From Meiothermus sp. (GTDB lineage Bacteria; Deinococcota; Deinococci; Deinococcales; Thermaceae): DNA of 64,000 nt. Position numbers and translations under genes: made by a program. Numbering within the stretch: position 1 is the stretch's first letter; each line of letters starts with the position of its first letter. The notes under the pieces were generated by a model, which worked only from the letters and a program-made list of their open reading frames with translations, was not told the origin of the DNA and ran no database searches. The DNA lies in assembly GCA_033762915.1 (NCBI GenBank), contig JANRLD010000031.1, positions 15,442 to 79,441 on the forward strand. The letters are read 5' to 3'. Shown here piece by piece: positions 10,129-24,415 of the stretch.

Positions 10129-10208
10129 TCTTGAAATCCGCGCATAAGTTTGCGTGGTTTTTTCCTAACCCCAAAAACCGGCGCTTCAGCGCAATGGAGG
10201 TCTGGCGC

Positions 10209-14705
<4,497 letters not shown>

Positions 14706-14732
14706 GCGGGAAGCTATAGGCGAAAGATTTGG

Positions 14733-14765
14733 CCCCTCGAGCGCAAACTCGAGGGGTTGGTTTTG
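14733..14765 (+). terminator. Intrinsic terminator after gltB, built from two CTCGAG sites
   Basis: CCCCTCGAG-cgcaaa-CTCGAGGGG then T-rich run. Confidence 0.7.
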
Positions 14766-14806
14766 CCTTTACTGTCGTTTGTGCGTTTGTGTAGTACGAT
14801 CTTGTT

Positions 14807-15091
14807 ATGGCACATGTGAAGGAAAAGGAAATTAAGACCGTCTCGAGCAGTGGGCAAATCTCGCTGGGCAAAGCCTACGCAGGTGAGACGGTTGCGCTCG
14901 AGCGGTTGGATGACGGACGCTGGGTCATTACGCCGGTGCAGGTGATTCCCAAACATCTGATGTGGGCCAACACTCCTGAAGTAGCCCAGGAACTCGATCA
15001 GTTCTTAAGCTGGAAGGGAGAACAAAAACTCAAGGCCACCTCCGCCACCCAACTCAAAGCCCTTGCCAAAAAGCTCGAGGCTGAGGAGTAG
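14807..15091 (+). CDS. Putative antitoxin (AbrB/MazE-like)
   Basis: VSSSGQISLGK swapped-hairpin-like start; 94 aa; abuts the toxin-like ORF. Confidence 0.65.
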   Translation: MAHVKEKEIKTVSSSGQISLGKAYAGETVALERLDDGRWVITPVQVIPKHLMWANTPEVAQELDQFLSWKGEQKLKATSATQLKALAKKLEAEE

Positions 15092-15376
15092 ATGCCTCAA
15101 GTCAACCTCAACTACGAGCCGTTTCTACAGGCGTGGTTTGCGCTCGAGAAACCCGAGCAACTGGCAATGCTGAAGACCATCCGCAAGATTCTGGCGCTCT
15201 CCTGGGACGAGTTGTACAAGGACAGTGGCCTAAACTGGGAGCTGGCGACCCAGCGCGGCGAAGAACGCTTCTACTCCATCCGCATCACCCAAAAATGCCG
15301 CGCCTTGGTGCAGCGGGAAGGCAACCTGGTGGTCTTCGTCAGCCTACATCCTGACCACGACAGCGCCTACAGATAG
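15092..15376 (+). CDS. Putative RelE/ParE-superfamily toxin
   Basis: 94 aa; YSIRITQKCRALV, HPDHDSAY C-terminus; operonic with the upstream small ORF. Confidence 0.65.
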   Translation: MPQVNLNYEPFLQAWFALEKPEQLAMLKTIRKILALSWDELYKDSGLNWELATQRGEERFYSIRITQKCRALVQREGNLVVFVSLHPDHDSAYR

Positions 15377-15428
15377 GGTTGGTTGAGGCAGAACCCCTCG
15401 AGTGCTGGTTGGCTCGAGGGGCTCTTCA

Positions 15429-15543
15429 TAAGTTGCGCCAGGGTAGGTTTGCGAAACCGCTGGACGCAGCAAGCGGCTGTCTGGCGCAATCCCCGGCGGA
15501 CATCCCGGGGAGCCATTTCGCAATTTCACCATGGAGACACTTA
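15429..15543 (+). mobile_element. Family-1 MITE-like element, 115 bp (no internal unit)
   Basis: TAAGTTGCGCCAGGGTAG ... ATGGAGACACTTA imperfect terminal inverted repeats. Confidence 0.75.
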
Positions 15544-15573
15544 AACGTGTCTATCAAGTCGCAACGCTGTTTT

Positions 15574-15990
15574 CTATTTTGGTATTTCTAAAACCCGATC
15601 AACATAGTGTTTCTTGAGAGCTTCCAGTGAAACACTAAAAGCAACCTTTCTGAAGGGGTTAGTTCGATCCCCAGTTTTCTGGACAACCATCCAACCACTA
15701 AACACCTCGGTTGGTGGATCAAGCCCCCAGCACTTTACACTTCGTGATGGAATAACATACCACCGGGTTTGACGTTTCTTCTGTAATGCCCTGTCTACAT
15801 AGGCAACATAGACAGTTTCGCTAGTACCGCCCACATCTACGATAGCCGTTTGCCAGTACTCAAAAAGTTGAGGTCGTGCGCCAAAGTCGTAGATCGCGTC
15901 ATTGAGTGGGTATTTTGGCACATCAGGGCTGTAATCATGACCTAAAGTCTTACCAGTCAATAGCCTAAACTTGTGAATTTTTCGTGCCAT
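15574..15990 (-). CDS. Hypothetical protein, AT-rich
   Basis: 138-aa ORF filling an AT-rich patch; no recognisable motif. Confidence 0.6.
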   Translation of the reverse strand: MARKIHKFRLLTGKTLGHDYSPDVPKYPLNDAIYDFGARPQLFEYWQTAIVDVGGTSETVYVAYVDRALQKKRQTRWYVIPSRSVKCWGLDPPTEVFSGWMVVQKTGDRTNPFRKVAFSVSLEALKKHYVDRVLEIPK

Positions 15991-16120
15991 ACATTTATCT
16001 TAAGCAAGCTTTGCAATCATCTCCACTGCGCTCAATAACTGGAAGGCCAATTAGGGTCAATCAAGGCTCGAGCAAGCGGGTTGGCTGGAGGCTCGAGCAA
16101 AGTTGGCCCGCAAGGGTAGG

Positions 16121-16387
16121 TTAGTTCAGCCACTTGCTGCGCTGGTAGGGGCAGCGGGACTGCTCGGGGCAGTTGCGGCGGCCCTGGCGCAGGGCGGCCA
16201 CCTCGGCGGGGTTGAGGGGGTCCTTGCATACCGCGCACTTCTCCGTCACCTTGCGCGGCGCGGGCCGCAGCCCGCCCCGGCCCAGCCCTACCCGCCGCAG
16301 CCAAGCCTGGGGCAGCACCGCCTGGAGCACACGGAACAGGAAGTAGACGGCCAGGGCGATCAGCAGGGCGGCGATGAGTACGTCCAT
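16121..16387 (-). CDS. Small membrane-anchored Cys-containing hypothetical protein
   Basis: N-terminal TM, CAVC and CPEQSRCPY; TACACT upstream of ATG. Confidence 0.65.
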   Translation of the reverse strand: MDVLIAALLIALAVYFLFRVLQAVLPQAWLRRVGLGRGGLRPAPRKVTEKCAVCKDPLNPAEVAALRQGRRNCPEQSRCPYQRSKWLN

Positions 16388-16636
16388 ACGCCTAGAGTGT
16401 AGCGGCTCGAGGGATAAATAAACCAAGTTTTTGCACGGTCAGGGCGGTTCGCGAGTTGCCGAGGGCGGATTGCCGGGGGTGTGAGGCTCAGCCAGGTCGG
16501 CCTTCGGGGGACAGGAACTCCTTGAGAAACCGGCGGCGGGCACAGCCGCGCTGGGGCGCGGACCGAGCGTGCAGGGTAACCGCAAAGTCGGGTTTTTGGG
16601 AGCAACTCCGAAAGCCAGCAGGCATAACCATGAAGT

Positions 16637-16757
16637 CCACCCCTACAGCGTAGGGGTGGGTAGGGCGGGGTTTGTTCCGTGCTGACCCATGTATTCGCTG
16701 ACTGAATGGGCGACCTCGGAACAGACCCCTCCAACCTCCCCTACGCTGTAGGGGAGG
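16637..16757. repeat. REPIN-like inverted doublet
   Basis: CCCCTACAGCGTAGGGG (16640) and CCCCTACGCTGTAGGGG (16738) inside arms of about 40 bp. Confidence 0.7.
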
Positions 16758-16860
16758 CATTATGGCGACTTTGCGGGTGCCCTGGCCGAGCGTGCCCTGA
16801 AACCCGTCTAACTTGTGAATAAAAGCTAAAATGGGAGGGCTGCCCTGCGGGGCCTCACCT

Positions 16861-19065
16861 ATGTTTGCCCACCTCGCCAACTTTGTCACCCGCTATCCGC
16901 TTCAGGTCGTAGCCTTCTGGATCGTGCTGGTGCTGGCCTCGGTGCCGCTGGCCGCGATGGCCCCTGGGCGCTTGGTCGCCAACGCCAGCGACGTGAAGAA
17001 CAGCGAGGCCCAGCGGGTGATCGAGACCCTCGAGCGCGAGTTCGGCCTGTCCTCCACCGACCGCACCATCCTGGTGAGCGAGTCGGGCCTGTCCGCGACC
17101 GACCCGCGTTTCCTCGAGACCTATGACCGGCTGCTGGGACGCGTGGCCGCCGTGGACGGGGTAATCAAGGTCAACCGCTTCGACGCGCCCAGCCCGCTCA
17201 AGCAGATTAGCGACGACGGCAGGATCACCGCGACGCTGCTGGATACCCGGCTCGAGAACGCCGACCCCATCATCACTGCCCTGCGCAGCGAGGCGCGGGC
17301 GGCCCAGACGCCCGAGATCAAGTTCTACGTGACGGGCGCGAGCGCGGTCACCAAGGACTTCTTGTACCTGCTCGAGGCCGACGTAAAGCGCTCCGAGCTG
17401 ATGGCCCTGCCGCTCACCGGCATGGTGCTGCTGCTGGCCTTTGGGGCGATGGTGGCGGCGGGGCTGCCGCTGATGGTGGGGGTGGTGGGGATCAGCACCG
17501 GGATGGCCGCGCTGTTCTTCCTAACCCAGATCGGAGACGTGAGCAGCTTCGCCCAGTCGGTAATTACCATGCTTAGCCTGGGGGCCGGGATTGACTACGC
17601 GCTGATGCTGGTCAACCGCTTCCGCGAGGAGCTGGCCAAGGGGCTGACCCCTAAGGAAGCCGCCAACATCACCGCCCGTACCGCGGGCCGGGCGGTGGCC
17701 TTCAGCGGGCTGGTGGTGGCGATTGCGATGGGGGCCATGCTGGTGCCCGACCTGACCTTCATCCGCTCGATGGGGATCGGGGGCGTGATGAGCATCACCC
17801 TGACCGTTCTGGCCTCGGTCACCCTGCTGCCCGCCATCCTGGCGCTGCTGGGCGAGCGGGTTAACTCGCCGCGCCGCCTGGCCTTCCGGCTCACCACCAG
17901 CGGCCGGGTGGCCCCCTTCTGGGGCCGCTGGGCGGGCGCGGTGATGCGCCGCCCCTGGATGTACACCTTCCTGGCGGGCGGCTTCCTGCTGCTGGTGGCC
18001 TGGCCCACCACCGGGATGCAGGTGGGCTACACCGGGGCCTTCGGGCTGGGGCCGAACGTGGAGTCGCGGCGGGGCCTCGAGCTGATCCGGGGGCTCGAGC
18101 TGGGCGGGGCGATGGACTCTTTCGAGATCCTGCTCGACCTGGGCAGTGAGGGCTTTACGCCGGAGAACCGCACCCGGTGGCGCGACCTCGAACGCCGCCT
18201 CTCGGCCTGGCCCGAGGTTCGGCTGGTGGTCTCGCCCTTCCTGGCCGGCCGCCTGGAGGGGCAGGGCAGCTTCGCCGACCTGGTCAGCCTCAACAGCCAG
18301 TACATCAGCCAGAACCGCCGCCACTTGCGCCTGACCGTCATCCCCAAGGACAAGATCCACGCCCCCTCCATCCCGCAGTGGTACGAGCGCCTCAAGGCCG
18401 AGGCCCAGGCCGCCGGGTTCGCGAACGTGTCGCTGGGCGGTGCGCCGATCGGCTCGATGGAGTTCACCAACGCCCTGGTCGAAGCGATGCCCGCCGCCAT
18501 CGGGACGGTCTTCCTGGCCACCTTCGTGCTGCTGGGGGTGGCCTTCCGCTCCATCGTGATCCCGATTAAGTCCATTCTGATGAACAGCCTCACGGTGGGC
18601 TCGGCCTACGGGATCGTGACGCTGGTCTTCCAGCACGGCGTGGGGGCCAACTTAATCGGCGTCCCCACGGACGTGGGGGGCATCGACTCCTCGCTGCCGC
18701 TGATGATGTTCGCGGTGATCTTCGGGCTCTCGATGGACTACGAAATTTTCCTGCTCTCGAGGGTTCAGGAGGCCCACCTGGCGGGGATGGAGACCAAGGA
18801 GGCGGTGAAGTACGCCCTCGAGCGCACTGCCGGGGTGATTACCAGCGCGGCCCTGATCATGATCATCGTCTTCTCGGCCTTCATCTTCGGGCAGGTGGTG
18901 GCCAACAAGATGGTGGGGCTGGGGCTGGCGGTGGCGGTCTTTCTGGACGCGACCCTGGTGCGGCTGGTGCTGGTCCCGGCGGTGATGGTGCTGGCGGGCA
19001 AGTGGAACTGGTGGCTGCCCGAGCCGCTCAAGCGGGTGATGCCCAAGATCAGCCTCGAGTCGTAG
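16861..19065 (+). CDS. MMPL/RND-family transporter
   Basis: Two TM blocks, GAGIDYAL..RFREE, FGLSMDYEIFLLSRV, DATLVR. Confidence 0.92.
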   Translation: MFAHLANFVTRYPLQVVAFWIVLVLASVPLAAMAPGRLVANASDVKNSEAQRVIETLEREFGLSSTDRTILVSESGLSATDPRFLETYDRLLGRVAAVDGVIKVNRFDAPSPLKQISDDGRITATLLDTRLENADPIITALRSEARAAQTPEIKFYVTGASAVTKDFLYLLEADVKRSELMALPLTGMVLLLAFGAMVAAGLPLMVGVVGISTGMAALFFLTQIGDVSSFAQSVITMLSLGAGIDYALMLVNRFREELAKGLTPKEAANITARTAGRAVAFSGLVVAIAMGAMLVPDLTFIRSMGIGGVMSITLTVLASVTLLPAILALLGERVNSPRRLAFRLTTSGRVAPFWGRWAGAVMRRPWMYTFLAGGFLLLVAWPTTGMQVGYTGAFGLGPNVESRRGLELIRGLELGGAMDSFEILLDLGSEGFTPENRTRWRDLERRLSAWPEVRLVVSPFLAGRLEGQGSFADLVSLNSQYISQNRRHLRLTVIPKDKIHAPSIPQWYERLKAEAQAAGFANVSLGGAPIGSMEFTNALVEAMPAAIGTVFLATFVLLGVAFRSIVIPIKSILMNSLTVGSAYGIVTLVFQHGVGANLIGVPTDVGGIDSSLPLMMFAVIFGLSMDYEIFLLSRVQEAHLAGMETKEAVKYALERTAGVITSAALIMIIVFSAFIFGQVVANKMVGLGLAVAVFLDATLVRLVLVPAVMVLAGKWNWWLPEPLKRVMPKISLES

Positions 19066-19259
19066 CGCGGGGCATGGACCGCCGGCCCGACCACGAGGCT
19101 CTCGAGCTGCGGGGCCAGAAGACCGAAGGCAGGGGCCAGGGCCCAGAAGAGGGCGGACTGGTGGACTTTTTCGCCGATTGCAGCCGCTCCCGCCCACACC
19201 CCGCCGCACTGCCGAGCTTGGCCACTGTGTTGCGGCCCTGAATTCCGTACATTGGGGCC

Positions 19260-20501
19260 ATGCCCGCCCCCGAGATCGTCCTGCTGGTCGTCGCCGTGCT
19301 GCTCCTGGTGAGCATCCTGGCCAGCAAGCTGGGCGGGCGGCTGGGGCTGCCGGGGCTGCTGGTCTTCCTGGTCATCGGGATGCTGGCCGGGAGCGACGGG
19401 CCGGGCGGCATCTGGTTTGACAACTACGCGCTGGCCCAGTTCGTGGGGACGGTGGCGCTGGTCTTCATCCTGTACACGGGCGGCCTCTCGACGCGCTGGC
19501 AGACCGTGCGCCCGATCCTCTGGCCGGGGCTCTCGCTGGCCACGCTGGGGGTGCTGCTGACCATGCTCCTCACCGGAGCCTTCGCCAAGTGGGTGCTGGG
19601 CTGGGGCTGGCTCGAGGCACTGCTGCTGGGCGCGGTGGTCTCCTCGACCGATGCCAGCGCGGTGTTCAGCGTGCTGCGCGAGCGCTCGGTGGCGCTCAAG
19701 CGGCGGGTGCGGCCGCTGCTCGAGTTCGAGTCGGGCATCAACGACCCGATGGCGGTCTTCCTCACGGTGGGCCTGACCCTGCTGCTGACCCAGCCCGAGC
19801 GCCCACTGTGGAGCATCGTGCCCTTCTTCCTGCAGCAGATGGTGCTCGGCCTGGCGCTGGGCTACGCTTTCGGGCTGGGCACGGTCTGGCTGATTCGGCG
19901 GCTGCACCTCAGCTCGGCGGGGCTCTACGCGGTGCTCTCCATCACCCTGATGCTGCTGGGCTTCTCGGCCACGGCGGTGCTGGGCGGGAGCGGCTTTCTG
20001 GCGGTCTATGTGATGGGGGTGGTGGTGGCCGGCAGCGACTTCATGCAGAAGGCCCCGCTGGTCAGCTTCCACGAGGGGATCACCTATCTGATGGAGATCG
20101 GGATGTTCCTGACCCTGGGGCTGCTGGTCTTCCCCTCACAACTGCCCCCCATCGCGGGCGCGGCCCTGCTGATCTCGCTGTTCCTGATGCTGCTGGGCCG
20201 GCCCCTGAGCGTCTTCTTGAGCATGGCCCTGACCCCGATGCCCCTGGCCGACAAGGCGCTGGTCTCGTGGGTGGGGCTGCGCGGGGCCATCCCGATCATC
20301 CTGGCAACCTTCCCGCTGCTGGCCGGGGTGCGGGTGGCCCAGGACATTTTCAACATCACCTTCTTCATCGTGCTGACCTCGGTGCTCCTGCAGGGCACCA
20401 CGCTGGCGGTGGTGGCGCGGTGGCTGGGGGTGAGCGTGGAGGAGCGGGACAGGGCAGCGCAGGGGGGCAGGGGGCCGGCGGGAGAGCAGGGGACAGATTG
20501 A
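19260..20501 (+). CDS. Potassium/proton antiporter (CvrA/NhaP2-like)
   Basis: GSDGPGGIWFDN, SSTDASAVFS, EFESGINDP, WVGLRGAIPI. Confidence 0.9.
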   Translation: MPAPEIVLLVVAVLLLVSILASKLGGRLGLPGLLVFLVIGMLAGSDGPGGIWFDNYALAQFVGTVALVFILYTGGLSTRWQTVRPILWPGLSLATLGVLLTMLLTGAFAKWVLGWGWLEALLLGAVVSSTDASAVFSVLRERSVALKRRVRPLLEFESGINDPMAVFLTVGLTLLLTQPERPLWSIVPFFLQQMVLGLALGYAFGLGTVWLIRRLHLSSAGLYAVLSITLMLLGFSATAVLGGSGFLAVYVMGVVVAGSDFMQKAPLVSFHEGITYLMEIGMFLTLGLLVFPSQLPPIAGAALLISLFLMLLGRPLSVFLSMALTPMPLADKALVSWVGLRGAIPIILATFPLLAGVRVAQDIFNITFFIVLTSVLLQGTTLAVVARWLGVSVEERDRAAQGGRGPAGEQGTD

Positions 20502-20518
20502 CGGCGGCTCGAGACCTC

Positions 20519-20610
20519 AGAGCGGTTCCCACGCATACTCCCTACAGCAAAAACCGCTGTAGGGAGTACATTACCTGCCGCCGCGAGGGAGGTAATGGTG
20601 GGGAACGCGA
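20519..20610 (+). repeat. Family-2 repeat between convergent genes
   Basis: AGAGCGGTTCCCAC...TACTCCCTACAGC/GCTGTAGGGAGTA hairpin...GTGGGAACGCG. Confidence 0.75.
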
Positions 20611-22938
20611 TCAGCCTTGGCGCAGCGCCACCAGCGCGGCCTGACCCAGGCTGATACCGCCGTCGTTGGGGGGGGCCTGCCGATTGACCAGAACCCGCAG
20701 CCTCGAGGTGCGCGAAAGCGCCGCCAACTCCCGCAGCAGCAGCCCGTTCTGGAAGACGCCGCCGGAGAGCGCCACCGCGTCCAGGGTGTGCGTTTCGCAG
20801 AGCTGTTCCGCCGCCCGCCAGAGCCCCAGGGCCAGCCCGCCGATAAACCCTCGAGCCACCTCCGCCACTGGTTTGCCCGCTAGCCGGGCCTCGATCACCG
20901 CCTCCAGCAACTCCCGGTAGCGCCAGACCCCGTTCCCGAACCCGAACGCAAAGGCCTCGGCGCTGCGCGACTGCAGGGCCTGGTGCTCGAGCCAGGCTGC
21001 CGCCTGCCCTTCGTAACTGACGGCTCGAGTGAACCCCAGCAGCGCCGCCGCGCAGTCGAACAGCCGCCCCACCGAGGAGGTGGGAAAGACCCGCAGGTTC
21101 TTCTCGAGCATCCGCTCGGCCTCGGCGAAGCGCGGGGGGAAGTTGAACGGCGGCCGGCTGAAGTCCACCGCAAGGCCCCGCAAGAAGCCCACGGCGGCCT
21201 GTACGGGGTGCTGAGCCGCCGCGTCCCCACCAACCAGGCTGGCGTACTCGAGGTGCCCAACCCGCCGGAAGCCGCTCTCGAGGCCCCCCACGAACGCCTC
21301 ACCACCCCAGATGGCCCCGTCCTCGCCGTAGCCGGTGCCGTCCCAGGCGATGCCCAAGACCTGCCGATCCCAGAACCCATGCTCGGCCAGCACCGAGGCG
21401 ACGTGGGCCTGGTGGTGCTGCACCGCGAGGTGTGAGCTTGCGGCCAGGCTCTGGGCCCACCCGGTGCTGCGGTACTGCGGGTGCAGGTCGTGAACCACCG
21501 TGAGGTCGGCCTCCTCGAGTTCGTACATGCGCAGCAGGTCGCGGGCGGTCTGCTCGAAGGCGTGGAAAGCCCCCAGGTGGTCCAGGTCCCCGATGTGCCC
21601 GCCGCCCAGCGCCTCGCCACCCACCACCAGGGTCAGGCTGTTCTTGAGGTCGGCCCCCGCCGCCAGGATGGGCCGGGCGGCGGGCAGTCGGGCCAGGCTC
21701 GAGGGCGCGTAGCCCCGGCTGCGCCGCAGAATTTGCGCGCCGAACGGCGAAGCGCGGGCGATGGAGTCGTCCACCCGCCGGGCGATGGGGCGCTCGCCTA
21801 CCAGGAAGGCGTCGGCGATTCCAGCGAGCTGCTCGAGGGCCTCGCCATCGCGGTAGGCGATCGGCTCGGAGGAGCGGTTGGCGCTGGTAAGGACGAGCAC
21901 CCGGGGCGCGCCCGCCGCGAACAGCAGGTGGTGCAGCGGCGTATACGGTAGCATCACCCCGAGTTCGGCAGTGTCGGGGGCGACGGCTGAAACCACCCCC
22001 GACCCTCCCCAGGCGCTCTGCGTGATGAGGGGGGAAGGCGTTCTGGCCGGGACCAGCACGATGGGCCGCGCCGCCGAGGTCAGGAGCGCCTCGGCGTCGG
22101 CGGTCAGCTCGAGCAGATCACGGGCGGTCTCCAGCGAGTCCACCATCAGCGCGAAGGGCTTCTCTTTGCGGAACTTGCGCTCGCGCAGGGCCTCGACGGC
22201 TCGAGGGTTCTGTGCGTCGCAGGCCAGGTGATACCCACCAATTCCCTTGATGGCCACGATCTTCCCGTCTTGCAGGAGGGCCGCCGTCTGTTCGACGGCC
22301 TGCTGGCCTCGAGCCTCAGGGCCTTGCGCCCCTTCAAGGCTCTTTCCTTCTCCCACTCCTTGTAGGTAGTACCCCGGCCCGCACACCGGGCAGGCCGTCG
22401 GCTGCGCGTGGAAGCGCCGGTCGAGCGGGTCGTGGTACTCGCGCGCGCAGTCCGGGCACATCGGCCAGGCCTGCAGGGTGGTGTTGGGGCGGTCGTAGGG
22501 CAGGGCGGTGACGACCGAGTAGCGCGGGCCGCAGTGGGTACAGTTGATGTAGGGATAGAGGTGGCGGCGGTTGGCAGGGTCGAAGAGTTCGTGCAGGCAG
22601 TCCGCACAGACCGCCAGGTCGGGCGAGACGGGGACGGTGGGGCGGCCCGCCTTGTGGCTCGTTAGAATCTCGAACCCCGCGTAGCCTCGAGCCGCGGTCT
22701 GCTCGACCTTAACCTCAGCAATGCGCGCGGCCGAGGGGGCTTGTGCCGGGAGCTCTCGGACGAAGCTGGAGAGCGCGGACGGGGCTCCCTCGAGGTGGAT
22801 CCGCACCCCGCCCTCTTGGTTGAGCACCCAGCCGGTCAGACCGTGCTCCCGTGCCAAGCGAAACACGAAGGGGCGGAACCCCACCCCCTGCACGATGCCG
22901 CGAACCTCGATGTGGCGTGCTTCGATCACCGCGCTCAC
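20611..22938 (-). CDS. hypF: Carbamoyltransferase HypF
   Basis: GIVQGVGFRPF, two CxxC-x18-CxxC zinc fingers, KGIGGYHL, QHHQAH, DGTGYG, PPNDGGISLGQ. Confidence 0.97.
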   Translation of the reverse strand: MSAVIEARHIEVRGIVQGVGFRPFVFRLAREHGLTGWVLNQEGGVRIHLEGAPSALSSFVRELPAQAPSAARIAEVKVEQTAARGYAGFEILTSHKAGRPTVPVSPDLAVCADCLHELFDPANRRHLYPYINCTHCGPRYSVVTALPYDRPNTTLQAWPMCPDCAREYHDPLDRRFHAQPTACPVCGPGYYLQGVGEGKSLEGAQGPEARGQQAVEQTAALLQDGKIVAIKGIGGYHLACDAQNPRAVEALRERKFRKEKPFALMVDSLETARDLLELTADAEALLTSAARPIVLVPARTPSPLITQSAWGGSGVVSAVAPDTAELGVMLPYTPLHHLLFAAGAPRVLVLTSANRSSEPIAYRDGEALEQLAGIADAFLVGERPIARRVDDSIARASPFGAQILRRSRGYAPSSLARLPAARPILAAGADLKNSLTLVVGGEALGGGHIGDLDHLGAFHAFEQTARDLLRMYELEEADLTVVHDLHPQYRSTGWAQSLAASSHLAVQHHQAHVASVLAEHGFWDRQVLGIAWDGTGYGEDGAIWGGEAFVGGLESGFRRVGHLEYASLVGGDAAAQHPVQAAVGFLRGLAVDFSRPPFNFPPRFAEAERMLEKNLRVFPTSSVGRLFDCAAALLGFTRAVSYEGQAAAWLEHQALQSRSAEAFAFGFGNGVWRYRELLEAVIEARLAGKPVAEVARGFIGGLALGLWRAAEQLCETHTLDAVALSGGVFQNGLLLRELAALSRTSRLRVLVNRQAPPNDGGISLGQAALVALRQG

Positions 22939-22975
22939 TACCCCTCATCCGCCCCATCCGCCCCGGCGCAACCTA

Positions 22976-23206
22976 TCATCCCCCCACCACGCAGCCACGG
23001 CCCTGCCAGCCGATCTGCTTGAGCTTGCCGTCCTCGGCCAGCACGGGCACGGTGCGCTGCCCGCCGGAAAGCTCGAGCATCCGCCTCAGCGCCCCTGCGT
23101 CCGCTTCCACGTCGTACTCGGCGAACTCGAGGCCGCGCCACTGGAGGTCTTCGCGCAGTTCGGCGGTGAACTGGCAGCCCTTGGTCCCGAAGAGTTCTAG
23201 CGCCAT
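22976..23206 (-). CDS. Glutaredoxin-like protein (CxxT)
   Basis: GCQFT, EYDVE, RTVPVL cis-Pro motif, C-terminal GRGC. Confidence 0.8.
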   Translation of the reverse strand: MALELFGTKGCQFTAELREDLQWRGLEFAEYDVEADAGALRRMLELSGGQRTVPVLAEDGKLKQIGWQGRGCVVGG

Positions 23207-24369
23207 AGCTCCCCCAATAGCTCCCGGATAATGTGGTACACCGAGGCCTGGACTTCCTGGATGCGCGGGATGTGGTCGGAGCGCACGACGATGGCGAGGT
23301 CGGCCAGGCCCTGTCGCACCACCTCGCCGCCGTCGTAGCCGAGCAGGGCGACGGTCAGCATCCCGCGCTTGCGGGCCTCTTGCAGCGCCGCGACGATGTT
23401 CCTCGAGCCTCCGCTGGTCGAGAAGGCCACCGCGACGTCCTCCGGGCGGGCCTGCGCGATGAGCTGCCGCAGGAAGATGACCTCGGCGCCTACGTCGTTG
23501 GCGATGGCCGAGAGGTTGGCGGGCTCGAGGGCCAGCGAGACCGCCGGAACCGGCCTCCAGCCCGGCGGTGGCTCCACGCAGTCGAGGGCGAAGTCGTTGG
23601 CGTCGGTGGCCGAGCCGCCGTTGCCGAAGAGGACCAGCTTGCCGCCCCGCCCTAGGCGCTCGGTGATGGCCCCTGCCGCGTCTGCGATCGTCCCGCTTTG
23701 CCCGGTCATGGCCAGGCGCAGCTTGGCGTCTTCCTCGACCTTCATCCGAATCGAGTCGGCGACCTCGGCGACGGTGGCATCGGTGTCCTGCTTCCCGCCG
23801 CTCAAGAACGGGTACAAGAACGAACTCGCGCCCAGGTCGTAGCCGCTCTCGCGGTGCTCGAAAAACACGTGCACGGTCTCCCAGAGGACGTGATAGAGGA
23901 CCTCGATGATCTCTTGGCGGATGAAGGGGTGGCTCGAGGGTACCTCCACCGCATAGTCGGCCACCCGGCCGGTGAGTGCGAAGGTGAGCGCCCCCCTGGC
24001 CCCGGCCGCCTTCAAGGCCGCCTCGACTGCCGCGTCGCCCTCTTTAGGGGCGAAGCCCATCACCATGTCCTCGGGCCTGACCAGGGCCTCGAGCCAGCCC
24101 CCGAACGCCATGGAGAGGTCGAGCGCGGGTAGCGCCCGCTTGCCCACGATCACCGGGTGTACGAACTCCACCGAGACGTGCTGCGCGTCGGTTGCGTAGG
24201 GACCCCGCCCGAACGCCAGCAGCCGCCCGCCCGCCAGAAAGCGCTCCGACATCCGGCGGCAGACCTCGGCCAGGCGGCCCGCCTCGAGGTCGAAAAACGC
24301 CCCCGCCGCCGCGTTGCGCTCCAGCATCGCCGACTGAATTTTTTCGACCATGGCCGCGCTCATGGCCAT
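23197..24369 (-). CDS. Tandem SIS-domain protein (GmhA/phosphoheptose isomerase-like)
   Basis: Two SIS repeats: GRGPYATDAQH...QE and GNGGSATDAND, ANDVG, STSGGSRN, RIQE. Confidence 0.88.
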   Translation of the reverse strand: MAMSAAMVEKIQSAMLERNAAAGAFFDLEAGRLAEVCRRMSERFLAGGRLLAFGRGPYATDAQHVSVEFVHPVIVGKRALPALDLSMAFGGWLEALVRPEDMVMGFAPKEGDAAVEAALKAAGARGALTFALTGRVADYAVEVPSSHPFIRQEIIEVLYHVLWETVHVFFEHRESGYDLGASSFLYPFLSGGKQDTDATVAEVADSIRMKVEEDAKLRLAMTGQSGTIADAAGAITERLGRGGKLVLFGNGGSATDANDFALDCVEPPPGWRPVPAVSLALEPANLSAIANDVGAEVIFLRQLIAQARPEDVAVAFSTSGGSRNIVAALQEARKRGMLTVALLGYDGGEVVRQGLADLAIVVRSDHIPRIQEVQASVYHIIRELLGELWR

Positions 24370-24415
24370 GACGACCTCCGCGCCCGCCCCCCGGCCCTCG
24401 CCCCCCGAGGCCCCA

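Noticed and set aside
15429..15543. Family-1 element as an integron attC site
   Set aside because: The ends do not fit RYYYAAC/GTTRRRY, there is no integrase, and copies occur in both orientations between housekeeping genes.
22976..23206. Glutaredoxin as a selenoprotein
   Set aside because: The active-site codon is TGC (Cys) and there is no in-frame TGA.
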